From: Andalucia godoyi And28 | Taxonomy: Eukaryota; Protista; Jakobida | Length of the DNA stretch: 64,000 bases | NCBI GenBank assembly: GCA_009859145.1 | Contig: VRVR01000009.1 | Location: 359,763 to 423,762, forward strand | Direction of reading: 5' to 3' | Part shown: piece by piece, positions 52,919-64,000 of the stretch | Position numbering within the stretch: position 1 is the first letter of the stretch | Layout: each line of letters begins with the position of its first letter | Program-made: the position numbers and the translations under genes | The notes under the pieces: generated by a model | The model's input: the letters and a program-made list of their open reading frames with translations, nothing else | Told to the model about the DNA's origin: nothing | Databases searched by the model: none

Positions 52919-55900
52919 AATGACTGCCCGACTCAGGGCACGCACTTTTTCCCCTTGAGTCGACGGTCCCAAAAATGTCAGCGTCCGGCCTCAATTCCTT
53001 CCAAAAACACCACCAACAATGTGCTGCAGCAAAAGTCGGCCGAGTCCGTGGACTCTGTGCCTCTGCGCCGCGGATCGGTAGCAATAAATATCTCGAGCAA
53101 CAGACAACCGCGCCTTATCGAACATGAGCAACTTATCCGACGCAGCTCCGTCTGTCGAACACGATGACGAGTTTGATCCGTTTACGATATTACAAGTATC
53201 TGCGAGTGGTACAGTAGCAGTTCCCGATGTTACCGTGTCGTGCAAACTGCAGGTCATTGGATTGAATGGCTGGTACCCCGAGTGCTGGGATGTTTCCAGG
53301 CGAACCGTTTCTGCGGATACCTACTCGCAGCATCTCTTGAAGGCAGTCTCCCTTGTCTCTGTGGATCTGCTACAAGGCGCTCTCAAGCCAAAAGGAATGC
53401 CCGAGAAAACATGGAAGCTGGACATCAGAGGAGATTCCTCTGATCCCACCGCCGCGAATAGTGTTGCAAGGCCGACCGTTGTTTCCCATCAAGCGTATAT
53501 CTGCCTTTCAAGAATGCTGGAGTGTTTGTGGACCTCCATCGACTACAGAACGGGCGGCAAGCCCACGAAACGACGCGGGGGCGACGTGGAGTATTGGGTG
53601 TGTCCGTTTGGAAGAGAATCTCGGAAAAGCAAGGAAGGAGTGAAGGGCCTTCGGGCACTTGACAGAAGACACAAGGATTGCGGATGTCCTGTGACATATC
53701 GGGTCTACGAGCTGCCTGCAGTGGCATCGACAGAGGATCATCCAATCAGCATCGTGTACGAAATGGGTGTTCACAATCACAATCCGCTATCGACTCAACA
53801 CTTGCAAACAAACAGTATTGATAACCGGCTTCAACAGCAAATTATCAAATACGCAGAACAGGGACTTCCCGCAGCTCAAATTCACAAGCTGGTGTTGACG
53901 AGCGCATTGTCTGCTGTCGGAAATGTTCGCAGAGACGGGATTGACATGTTCTATGATCAGCGACTGTTTCCATCGTACGATTCGATCGTTAAGATCATCA
54001 ATAGAAGAAGATTGACAAGTCGCTCAGATGACAGGCGGTTCGTGGAGCGAATTGCCGCTGAATTGCCTCAAAATGTTTTCATCGACAGCATGTTCGAAAA
54101 GACTCCGGATGGCAAGATCACATCCCACCTGGTTCTGCGGGTGGGAAGTCCTGTGTGCAATGAGAGCCTGAAAAGACTGATGCCTGGAGGACTAGTGCTG
54201 ATAGACTCCACTCACAATCTGAATGATTACGCCTACCAAGTGTTCACTGTGATGGGTATTGATCCCCGCACACTCGAATCTCGAGTCCTCGAGCACTTGA
54301 TTACGTCGTCTGCGGATTGCGAGACGTTGGAGCGCTGGTTACGAAGTTTGGCAGAACGAGCTCAGGGGACACCTGCCGAGGTTATTGAGGATAAGTGTCG
54401 AACGCAGACTCCGGCAATAGAAAAGGCTTGGCCAGAAACGCACATTCACTACTGTTACTTTCACAGTATGAAGACCTTTCGAGAAGAGTTCACCAAAGCT
54501 GGCGAGCAGCAGAGGCAACAGCTGTTGTCTTGGCTGCGGCGCATATACTATTCCAGAGATCCCCAGGTTTTGTCCGAGAACGTTTTCCACTTGGAAGCGT
54601 TCTTGGAACGAAACAATCTCAAGGACTGGAAACAGTACTGGGAATCCAACTGGGCGAATTGCCTGTCACGTTGGACTCGTTGCCACTCGATATTCAAATT
54701 TGTTGGTACGAACAACCACCTAGAGTCTTACCACAAAACTCTGAAGCACGCGAAAAAGGCGGCAGGTGGACGGCGGATATTGGCTGTTTTTGATTGCGTT
54801 GTCCTGTTGCTACAGCAGCAATTTTGGAACAACAACAAAATCTTGGAAAGGGCTACAAACCATTATCAGAAGAGTCACCTCGAAGACTTCAGACGACGGA
54901 TGACCAAAAGTTTCGGAAATGCTCGCTGGTGGGCAGTACGCAAGCTGCTTGTCGACAGAGGACAATGGTGTCAAACTATTCTTCGTTGCCAAATACAAAA
55001 CAGATTTTGAACAAAATGAGAACCTTGAGGAAACGCAGGAGGAAAACGATATTCAGGACAACGTGAAAGAGGTCTACGAAGTGCGTTTGGGAGACGGAGT
55101 ATGTGCGTGCACGTGTCCCGCGTTTGTTGAAAAGGAGATTCCGTGGTGCAAACACATGGCGTTCTGCGCCGCTGAGGATAGTATCGACGTCTTGTACTAT
55201 CCTTCTCCTCAGGACAATATGCAGACAGTGGTGGACGAGATGCTCAAATGGGCACAGCGGGAGAACGGAACCATGGGTGAGAACAACGGACGTATACCGA
55301 TCGGTGAGCGCATATTTGGCCCATTGGAATGGCCAGCAGCACTCCAGAGAGGGTGGTCAAGTCGACGAAGAGCAGGCAGAAGCGCCAGTTGAAGATGCAG
55401 GACCCTCTGGTTCAGGTACGTTTCAGACTCTGGCACATCAAGATGTGTGGAATGCACGGGAAAGAGCTCGAGGAAACTTGCAACGGCTCACTAGAGAACT
55501 CAGTGTGATTGACATGCAGGCTCCGAGTGTGCTTGGTTACCTTGATGATCTGGACCGCACACTGTCCGCGCAAACAGTGCCGCCCTCACTTCATCTACCA
55601 GTCGCTTCTAATTGTCATGGGTGTATTCGTCCAGCAGCCGGTTTTGAACGTACGGAAAAGAAACGTGGAAGAAAGAAAGCAGATCAAAGTGAGGAGCTTG
55701 TAAGGTGGAATGCCGATTTGAATGTCGACGAGATGTGCAGGGCGTGGACCGAAAGAGGGGAGGCAACACAAGCTCGAGCCCCGTCAAAGAAGAAGCGCCG
55801 AGCAGAAGCGTTTTCTCAGCTTGCTTCACCAGGCAACGAACAAAGAAATCAACAGGAAAAACAAGGGTTTAACGGTGGTGATGCGGCGGGAAACGCCGAG

Positions 55901-56009
55901 AGCACCCTGGATCAAATTGTCAGTGACAATTGATGCTAAGTGTCAGTGTAAAATGCGACTTGAGTCGCCAAAAGGAAAAAAAGTGCGTGCCCAGAGTCGG
56001 GCTCTCATT
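52919..56009 (+). mobile_element. Mutator-like (MULE) DNA transposon with imperfect ~38-bp terminal inverted repeats
   Basis: The left end is AATGACTGCCCGACTCAGGGCACGCACTTTTTCCCCTT (from 52919). The reverse complement of the right end (to 56009) is AATGAGAGCCCGACTCTGGGCACGCACTTTTTTTCCTT. No TSD was identified. Confidence 0.75.
53124..55933 (+). pseudogene. MULE transposase with an N-terminal CxC..HNH zinc finger and a SWIM finger; two frameshifts
   Basis: Motifs DCGCP...GVHNHNP, LIDSTHNLN, EDKC...AIEKAWPETHIHYCYFH and GTNNHLESYH. The SWIM finger CACTCPAF...WCKH is in the next frame (54919-55392), and the C-terminus is in a third frame (55103-55933). Confidence 0.85.
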
Positions 56010-56182
56010 ATCGTAAAGGCAGGTAATCTTGCCGGTTTTTTTCCAACGCTTCGCTTTTATTTTTTCTCACTTATTTTTGTTTGTTTTTCATTTTTTCAAA
56101 ATATTATCGAGGTAAATGGATTCAGTTTCGAGCGGAGAACAATAATTACATCTCAAATGGCTTTCCTGGCGAATGAGAATCA

Positions 56183-57957
56183 TTAGTTTTGGGCAAATCG
56201 TCGGTTTGCTGCTTGGATGAACGACAGCATCCCTGTGGGTTGTATTCCAGCCGTGCTTGCTGGCTCTGCCACCGGTTGTTGTGATGCGGGAACATAGGGC
56301 GAGGTGCTGCTACCTTCACCACCGTTGTAGGAACGGATGTGGATAGGATTCTGCGGAAGAGGAGCAGTCGAAACGCTCGAGCTTCGCGTTGCCGATTGCT
56401 GTCGTTTCTGCGCTTTCGCTTCCTTCTCGGCTCTTCGTTGATTCTCGTCTGCAACTTTGTTTCGCATGTATGTCACCGATTCCCGAGCAGTGAGGCAGAA
56501 ATTCGCCGTCTTTCCTCGAGGTTTTTTCAAGGCCTTACCTGCACTTGCGGACAGGACTCCTCTTTGACTGTTGCGCCGCTCCCGCTGTTTCTGTGCCACC
56601 ACTGCGGCTCGCTTGTGGCCCTCTGCATCGTCATCGTCACCATCGTCGTCGTCGTCATCATCGTCGTCATGTGCAGCATCGTACTCGTGGGTCTCCGATG
56701 CGGTGTTAGACGAATGCGGCACTGCAGTGTTGCTTCTGTTGTCCCAGAACCGCATTTCAGCAGCTTGTTGTGCAGCATGCTCTGCCTCCGAAAACTCTGC
56801 TTCAAACACGTTCTTTCGAAGTGGGAACAGCCCCGTGACTTGAAACGCACGCTCAACATGCATAGGAGAGATGTTCCTCCACGCCTTCATCAGGCATTGC
56901 GTGTTGACATCGTCTCCCTTCGTTAGACGGAACACCGAACCATCCTGCAGCAACACGTGTTTCCCGTTCTCAATCCCGTGCTCTCCCATCTTCTGCTTCT
57001 CATACCGGAACGCATTTTTGACAGTCTTGTAGCACTCGACGTCCAAAGGCTGCATTTTATGCGTGCAGTGCGAGGAACGTGACCAACTCCCAGTTGTTTG
57101 CGCAGCACCATTCGACAGCTTCGATCGTTGTGTGGCTGCTGTGTCCGTCCACAATCAGCACGATTCTTGCGTCGCGACGCTCAGCGAGCAACTGGGATTT
57201 GAGGTCCTTCAAGAACTCCCAAGAGAGTGGAGTCTATCTATCCTTTCTCGCTTCGACAGATTTTCAGTTCCGGATCCTTCTTCAAGAGCACATTCCCTGC
57301 ATATTCCGTTGACAGTGCTGTGTTTGGATACACCATCATTGGACGAAATGCTTTTCCATCTGCAGAGATGGCATTGATGATCGTCACGTGGTTTCTCTCC
57401 GAGTTGATGGCCATCTGCACTCTCTTTGTGCCTTTGGGAGCGAGAACACGCAACTTGGACTCTTGATCGCCTTGGACACCTGTCTCGTCCATGTTTATCA
57501 CTCGCCACGCATCTTCCTGACTCGTGATTCCTGCTCGCGCATACGCGGTTTGCAGATCCCCGAAGAATTTATCGACGTTCTCCTTGTTGAATGAGTACTC
57601 ACGGGAACGTTCGAGTGTTGAGGGCAGACGGAGGACTAGAGACGACAAATCTTGCTTTTCCATCCGCCGATTGAATGCAGGAAGCCAGTTTTTCGACAGC
57701 ATTGTACTGGATACCGTCGATTTGACGTCATTCCCAGACGAACAGTCTCTCTTCCTTGTCAAGGTGATTGTTCTTGTTCTTCCGGTATCGCTCAGGTACT
57801 TCGACACCATTTGGAGGAAATCCTGCTTCAGAAGTGGCATATTCCTCTGCACTCTGTACACTGCGTAGTGATACAGCCGCTTCTCTTCGTCCGGGCAGAG
57901 AGCAGGCGGTCGTCCTGCCTTCCCAAAGAAGGAAACTGCTTCTTCGAGATGATCCAT
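56183..57957 (-). pseudogene. pogo/Fot1-type (DDE_1, CENP-B-like HTH) transposase remnant
   Basis: Motifs GRPPAL, NWLPAFNRR, INMDETG and SEKG*ID (TAG where W is expected), then IVDGHSSH and HKMQPLDV in shifted frames. Confidence 0.9.
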
Positions 57958-58619
57958 GTAGTTGCAAGTGCTGTCCCGTTCATTACCAAAAGAACAGAGA
58001 GACTAACAAGCACAGAATCTCCTCAAATCTTTTTATGCTCTGTCTTAGTCGTTATGCGCCTTCTCTGGATGCTGATTTTTCAGTCAATGGTTTGGGACAG
58101 TGGTTCCACAATATTCATCCAGTTGTTTTCATCGATCGCGAGGCATGAATTAACCATGACAACAGCATCCAAGACGATGCGGATAACGATGTTTACGCAT
58201 TCATCTGAGTCAGTGCATTTGTTTCAGTGACAATATTGTGCGGTTTACGTCATTTTACGTGCATTTTACGGTAAAATACGTATTCTACGTACCCGGATCG
58301 TAAAATCAGTAAATCGCGTTTTTCTCCTTTTGCCACGAGCCCTCAGACAAAATTCTTTATCCATTATGTGGAGAATGCAAAAGCACACACTATAGGAAAA
58401 GAAAAGAATTTCGACTACTTCTTGGGGGAAAAGTTGCGCCATTTATGTACTTAGAAAATCGTGCGTCGCTTTGTTGAAAGAATTCACGTGCGATTCAGGC
58501 AAGTAGGCTTCGCTGCCTCAATTGACCGCGTTCTGCGAGCCCAACAGCGCCCGCGCCCGACGTTGACAATGATTCTGGCTGAGGTTTCCGCATTCCGCAC
58601 ATCTGTACCGCCTATCGAT

Positions 58620-60701
58620 TCACGGAATATTTCTCAAACTGGTAACCATATGCTCTCCGAACAGCGCTATCAAGTCTTGTTTCCCAAGAACAATGGTCAA
58701 TCCTCGCGCGTGAGAATACACGTTCCGATCATCATTACGAATGCTGATCCCAAGCTGCACTAAAATCACTTGCTTCGTTTTAAGAAACGAAGAAGCAGCA
58801 GGAGCAATGTCAACCAATTTGTCGAATTCAGTATCCCAGGGGACATCATTCTTCCAATGCTTCGTCTGCAGTCCTATCAACACCAATCGATTCGGTTTCG
58901 CAGTCCACCGACTAAGAAGCACATCCGGAGACTTTGATTGAGGCAGAGGAAACCAGAAAATCCACTTTTGGCGAGGCTGCTTTTGAAGGATTTTGCTGAA
59001 ATCGCGAGGCAGCATGGTCTTGTGAGTGATCCCTAACGTCTGAAGGTTGTCACAGATGGATTGAACGTCCCTGTCACCCAACACACTTGACACCGACTCC
59101 CCCTTTTTCGATCCCTTTGCGTTATTCGTAACCTTTGGCTGGTCCACAAACTGGTACCCATTCCGCGGCACCTCCCAATCTGCCAAGATAAACTGCTTTT
59201 GGAGACTCTCGTCTTCCAAACACGGGAACAGGATGGACAAGTTGAAACCTCCCGAAAATCTGCATTCTAGCGTGAGACGAAGCATGATACGAAGCGCATC
59301 TTCCAAGGCATCACCTTTTCGCATGGACACGCCCTTCAGCAACTGTTCAACTTCAGGCAACAGAAAGCCGTCCGGTCGGGCCAAAATGGAGTCTCGCACC
59401 ACAACAGGAAGAACAAGCAGGAAAAGGTTCTTCGAGGCCGCCGATTTCCCTGCTGGAGCGACGAAGAGGCCGAGACGCTCAACGATTTCAGCGTAGGACT
59501 TGCCATTCGCCGCGTTGCTATCAAGTGTAATAGGAACTTCCAAGACAGCAAGAGTCATCATTATGTTGGCAACCGTCTTCCAGGAAGCATGGTCTGCCAC
59601 CCAAAAACACTGATTAAGGCCTCTTGAATCACGAATGGAGGCGTACCCGGAACTAGTCGGAGAAAATATTTGGAGAATGTGCGATTCGGTACAGATCACA
59701 GATCGTCTCAAAAAATCCAAAATACTTTCAATCAAGCGGGGGATCCCCGATGTGACCCGCATGCATTCCTTCACAAAACAATCAACAAGATGCTCCTCGC
59801 CGTTATTAAATACTTTGAATCGATAAGAAACGCCATCCACTAAGGTATTTTGAATGATTTTGGTCAAATGCACGGCTTGAAGTGGCGGAAGGATAAGTTG
59901 ACAAACTTGGGAAGGCGAATTCATGCCATGCTGCTGACAATCGAGACGACTGCCAATCAGGCCTACAGCAAGCGATCGACCCGTGTACAAAACGAAGACA
60001 TTGTTCTGCAGCATGAACTCCGTAAGGAATTTCCAAACCTCGTAATGGCAGAAAATCGCATCACGCTTCTGCCGGTCCTCGTCACTTGCAAACTTTGGGT
60101 CTTCGGAAGCTGCAAGCGCACAGACCTCTCGAAACTCCTTGCTTTCGATAATGCCCACTTCGTCAAAATGCAAGATGATCGGCTTTTGATCAAAGACAGC
60201 ACAAACGTGCTTGGCAAACGCAGCAGCAGTCGGAAGTTCTTGTTTGAACACATCTGCAGGCCGGAGATCTGCACTGCCCTTGGATGAGCCCCAGCGCGGA
60301 AACCGCTCTTGAATGCTGGACAGGATCAGAAACTGCAAAACGCGGTCCACTGACTTTTGCAACTGCGGTTGTATGTGGTGCTGTTCTCGAATGAAACTCC
60401 AGTTCGGTTCCAAAGCAGTGCAATCAACACGAACGAGTGTGCAGTTCCGAATATCATCGACAACAAGACGAGATTCATCGCCCAGCTTGGAAACGCAATA
60501 GTCTGCAAGGCCGTCTATCTTTCCAAGACCAGCGAGAATTCTTCCAAATGTCGTTTTTCCAGATCCAAACATTTGGGAACACACCGGAAACAGCAGCTGC
60601 TTGCGATCGCCACCGGCTGCGGCAACTCTTCTATTGTTCACACATGCCCTCACAAAATCACAGACCTGTTCCTCGCGATTAACAGGACTCAGATCGAACA
60701 T
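58620..60701 (-). CDS. Crinkler-type P-loop NTPase fused to a restriction-endonuclease-like (PD-(D/E)xK) domain
   Basis: Walker A is SQMFGSGKTTFG and Walker B is IILHFDEVG. The C-terminus FPLPQSKSPDVLL...LIGLQTK is consistent with a REase D...QxK site. Confidence 0.65.
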   Translation of the reverse strand: MFDLSPVNREEQVCDFVRACVNNRRVAAAGGDRKQLLFPVCSQMFGSGKTTFGRILAGLGKIDGLADYCVSKLGDESRLVVDDIRNCTLVRVDCTALEPNWSFIREQHHIQPQLQKSVDRVLQFLILSSIQERFPRWGSSKGSADLRPADVFKQELPTAAAFAKHVCAVFDQKPIILHFDEVGIIESKEFREVCALAASEDPKFASDEDRQKRDAIFCHYEVWKFLTEFMLQNNVFVLYTGRSLAVGLIGSRLDCQQHGMNSPSQVCQLILPPLQAVHLTKIIQNTLVDGVSYRFKVFNNGEEHLVDCFVKECMRVTSGIPRLIESILDFLRRSVICTESHILQIFSPTSSGYASIRDSRGLNQCFWVADHASWKTVANIMMTLAVLEVPITLDSNAANGKSYAEIVERLGLFVAPAGKSAASKNLFLLVLPVVVRDSILARPDGFLLPEVEQLLKGVSMRKGDALEDALRIMLRLTLECRFSGGFNLSILFPCLEDESLQKQFILADWEVPRNGYQFVDQPKVTNNAKGSKKGESVSSVLGDRDVQSICDNLQTLGITHKTMLPRDFSKILQKQPRQKWIFWFPLPQSKSPDVLLSRWTAKPNRLVLIGLQTKHWKNDVPWDTEFDKLVDIAPAASSFLKTKQVILVQLGISIRNDDRNVYSHARGLTIVLGKQDLIALFGEHMVTSLRNIP

Positions 60702-60707
60702 CTGCGT

Positions 60708-60757
60708 CTCTCTCTCTCTCTCTCTCTCTCTCTGCGTATGTGTGTATGTGTGTGTGT
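60708..60757. repeat. (TC)n plus (TG/TA) compound microsatellite just upstream of the NTPase-REase gene
   Basis: Read directly from the sequence. Confidence 0.9.
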
Positions 60758-60991
60758 ACGTATGTATGTGTGTGTGCTCTTTTCTGTTTTTTTTTTCCTC
60801 TATTGATGCGATGGGGAATCTCTGAAACAGAAAATCAAAAAAAGAAATTGGCCTGGCACCGTAAACGATCCTGCAGCATCAAGCATCAAGCATCAAGCAC
60901 CCGTTCACGCAAATGCACGGAATGTTCTCTCTCCAATTCCTTCTTTTTTGTTTTATGAATTCTGCCAAGAGTGATACATATTGAGTTGCGC

Positions 60992-61303
60992 TCAAATGTT
61001 GGCGCCGGAAACAAAGGTTGCAACCGCAATCATCAAGAACCCGAACATGCCCGCAAATCCCTTCCGCCAGCTGCTCACATCCAGATCCGTCTTCTTTTTA
61101 GAATCTTCTATAAAAAAGAAAATGAGCGTCAACAACAACAAAATGGAAGCTACAATGGCGCTGATGAATGCGAGTACGAATACTCCGTCTGTTGGCGAAT
61201 TTCCCTGGCCCCATCGCTCCTTGCTACTTGCCTTTGTTAGATTCAGGATGATTGTGAACAACGAGGACACGGACCCTGTGGCAAGTCCTGCTCGTAGAAC
61301 CAT
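60992..61303 (-). CDS. Possible small three-TM protein (about 103 aa)
   Basis: ATG after a pyrimidine tract; three hydrophobic segments (LATGSVSSLFTIILNL, GVFVLAFISAIVASILLLLTLIFFFI, GFAGMFGFLMIAVATFV). Confidence 0.35.
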   Translation of the reverse strand: MVLRAGLATGSVSSLFTIILNLTKASSKERWGQGNSPTDGVFVLAFISAIVASILLLLTLIFFFIEDSKKKTDLDVSSWRKGFAGMFGFLMIAVATFVSGANI

Positions 61304-62396
61304 CCCGACAACTTCACGAAACCAAGAGAATTGAGGAAGAAAAGAGTAGTTAAAGGACAATTTGGAAGTACGAAAGAGACTCTTGAGTCGTTTCGAAATG
61401 GAAAGATTAAAAGGCGCAATCTCACGATGAATTTCAACAAAATGGTAACAATGCTCACGCATCGAGAGGTGCGAAAGCACCGAAGGATGTCCCTCGGTGC
61501 TGTGGGAGGTCTCGTGGAAACCCCTGAGTTGTGGGGGAGGTCTCGATGGGGATGGTGAGGATGCGTGATGGAGGTGGGGGAATTGGGTGTTTTGGGGGTG
61601 GAGGAGGTTACTTCGCGTGGACTGATTTTGCCCGGAATTGTCGAAAGATTGAGGGGAAGTGGAACGCAAGTCAATTAATCGATTGTAAAGACACGAGTCT
61701 GTAGTTCGTAGAATCATGGTATTGCATCGCTTCTTGGAAGTTGCTTGGCAGTCGGAATTGTGCCCATTGAGGGCGATTGCGTCGGGATCCTGCTTGCCAT
61801 GAGAGGTACTTGTTGTCTTCCAACGAAATCGAAATCGAATTGTCTGATTGGTCATGCTCAGCGCAAATCTCTGTGATCCTGCATATTCGTTCCAGCAGAT
61901 TTCTTCAGGGCGACGATCCACTCTGAGATCGTTCTTTGATGTTTTCACGAGAATTGAAGATGAAGTCATCTGTTTGTTCCGTTGAGGCAATGAGACCATG
62001 GGTTGCCGATGACGCTGATTCGAGCAATCAACTGTTGCGCGGACACCACTCCCGGTATCTTTGCTCGTCAATTCCTCGGCCTTCTCCAAGATTGTGCATC
62101 TTTGCTTCGAGAACAGGACCCAATGTCCGTCCATTTCATCATTGCTGTGTCCCACTACGTCTTCTTGCTTTCCACATGTCCGAGTGTCGCTGTGGAGCAG
62201 AAACGGAAAGTTTCCGTTTTTCAATTCGTCTTGGTGAACCTGCTTCATCACGTTCGCATGGCTCCTACTCGTCTCATCTCATTGCAGATCTGTTTGCGCA
62301 ATGTTGGTGCCGAGTTAGTTCATTTTGGCAGCGTTTGTGACTTCTGATTGCAGACTCTGAGTGTGCTGACGCTGCGTGTCTTGTGCTTGCGAGAAA

Positions 62397-63643
62397 GATG
62401 GGTGGAAGCCATACCTCTTTGTGCTTCTTCTCTTTTCTCTTTTTTTCTTCTTCCAGGACTTTCTGGAAACTCGTATGGCTTCTGCCCATCCATCTCCCTT
62501 GTGGATGTGGATGTGTGGTTCAGCGGGTGTCTACTCGTGAATTCCGTCCGTTTGGCAGTGCTTGACGCGCGAATTTGTGGGCTTGTGAGTGCACCACCAT
62601 GGGTCCTGCGGAAGGCAGCGGGATGGATGGGAGCCATTGCCGTTCTCTACCCCTCCCCGTTTTGAAAATCTACCTCCAGGAGTTTTTGGAGTGCCAATGA
62701 TTTTCATATTAAAGCGCGCGTGATACTTGCGAGGAGGCACAAGCTGCCACATCTGACCAAATCGGTGGTACTGGAGCCATTTGGAGACCTCTGCGTACCC
62801 TGCCTCTTTGTCTCGCTTCCTCAAGAAAGTTTGAAGCCATTTCGATTTCTGGTTTTCCGAGTCTCTGCAATTGTCTTCCTGGAGACTTGGGACATTGAAA
62901 ACGGAAAGTTTCCGCTTTCAGGGTTCCCGTGTTCTGCAATGCTCTCATCTCTTCAAAAATATACTCGATGGAATGAAGCGTTCACCACACGAGGATTGTT
63001 GTCTTTCCGAAGACCACGTATGCATGCTTCCGTTGAGCAGCAGCAGTGTCCAATTTGAAAGTGCAGTTCTTTCGAGATCTTCTTCAATGGAATTGTGCTA
63101 CTTTGAGAATCCTTCGCTACTCTTCTTCTCGATCGTATGGGTGGAAACCATGTCTTCTCTGGCTACTCTCTCTTGAAGTCTTTTCTTGTTCCAAGGGTTT
63201 CAGAATGCACAATGGTTCCCACCCATCCGGTTTTGAATGGATTCTCTAAAAAGCTTCGTCTGCTTGCTCTTTGGAGGATCTTGCTCAACAAGATCTCTGT
63301 TCCGGATGGCGTCTCTTCGTTACTGCAAATATATCATGATTCTTGCAGTGTGCTTTCTGTGTGAGATCCGATTCCCCATAACGTTCGGTTGGTGTTCGCG
63401 ATGCGATCCAATGCGTGAAGCTGTACGTTTTGACTTTGGTGATCCTGAACACGCTGGCCTCGTTATGCAGAGACGATCGATCGAAGAATATCTGGAGTTA
63501 CACTTGGCGATGATGGTGGCATTCTTCCTTTACCACATCCTGCTATTGGATGGGTGGGAACCATCCCCATCTTGGGAAACCTTCTCTTCAATTTTTTTCT
63601 CTCAACAGTTTTGAAAATGGGGCATGGTTCCCACCCATCCAAT
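62397..63643. repeat. Dispersed array of ~95-bp hairpin elements (GGATGGGTGGGAACCAT - ~60 nt - ATGGTTCCCACCCATCC)
   Basis: Units at 62397-62490, 63137-63226 and 63545-63643 (20-bp perfect stem), plus degenerate copies near 62621 and 62765. The spacers are homologous and pyrimidine-rich. Confidence 0.8.
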
Positions 63644-64000
63644 TTTTCATGTTGATGTTTTGACAATGGAAGTACTTGTTCTTGGTTTTGATCCATGCAC
63701 ACGTTTGTCTTTCACAGAGTTTGGAGAACGTGAGTGAAGTTATTTCAGCAGGCCTCGGGGGCTTGGACTGTGGCTATCCGTTTTGCAATCTCACTTTGTG
63801 CTGTGTTTGTTTTCAGGATTGATTATCGTTATTTCTGCGCACACATTTGACGTGGATGAAACTTTCTGGCTTCGGGTATTCCCTGTTCCATGTGACTGCA
63901 GTCGCTACCAATCGAATGCGCAATGCAGCGGAATTCCATCGAAGATGCGATTCCTTCCACAATCGTCATCAAAGGAATTTTGTCCCTGTGGACATCCCTT

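Noticed and set aside
60992-62251. Full 419-aa ORF as a real protein
   Set aside because: It has a non-ATG start and low-complexity, unconvincing composition; only the last ~103 codons look like a membrane protein.
62397-63643. CRISPR array or integron interpretation of the hairpin repeats
   Set aside because: The context is eukaryotic, the repeats are inverted pairs with homologous spacers and irregular spacing, and no cas gene or integrase is present.

Overview
Eukaryotic, gene-dense and intron-poor DNA, most likely from a microbial eukaryote. The evidence is two GTATGT...(G/C)CTAAC...AG spliceosomal introns, microsatellites, and DNA transposon remnants (CACTA, MULE, pogo/Fot1). The species cannot be determined from sequence alone. 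The left half holds surface and membrane proteins, a bacterial-like DUF218-type gene, a kinase pseudogene, a P-loop GTPase, two divergent dynamin-like genes, an SMPDL3-like phosphoesterase, a kinase-Nudix fusion and two small orphan paralog families. The highlight is a co-oriented minus-strand cluster at about 41.8-52.7 kb. It has three OAS/SMODS (cGAS/DncV-like) nucleotidyltransferase domains in three architectures: Kelch-Roc-COR-NTase (one TGA where a kelch Trp is expected), a stand-alone NTase (one intron missed by the ORF track) and NTase-TPR-beta-helix. A helical protein with a hydrophobic hairpin lies between them. The cluster is bracketed by a CACTA remnant and by MULE and pogo remnants, and is followed by a Crinkler-type NTPase-REase gene. 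I interpret it (inference) as a candidate eukaryotic CBASS-like nucleotide second-messenger immune locus. All domain calls come from motifs recognised by eye; no searches were run.
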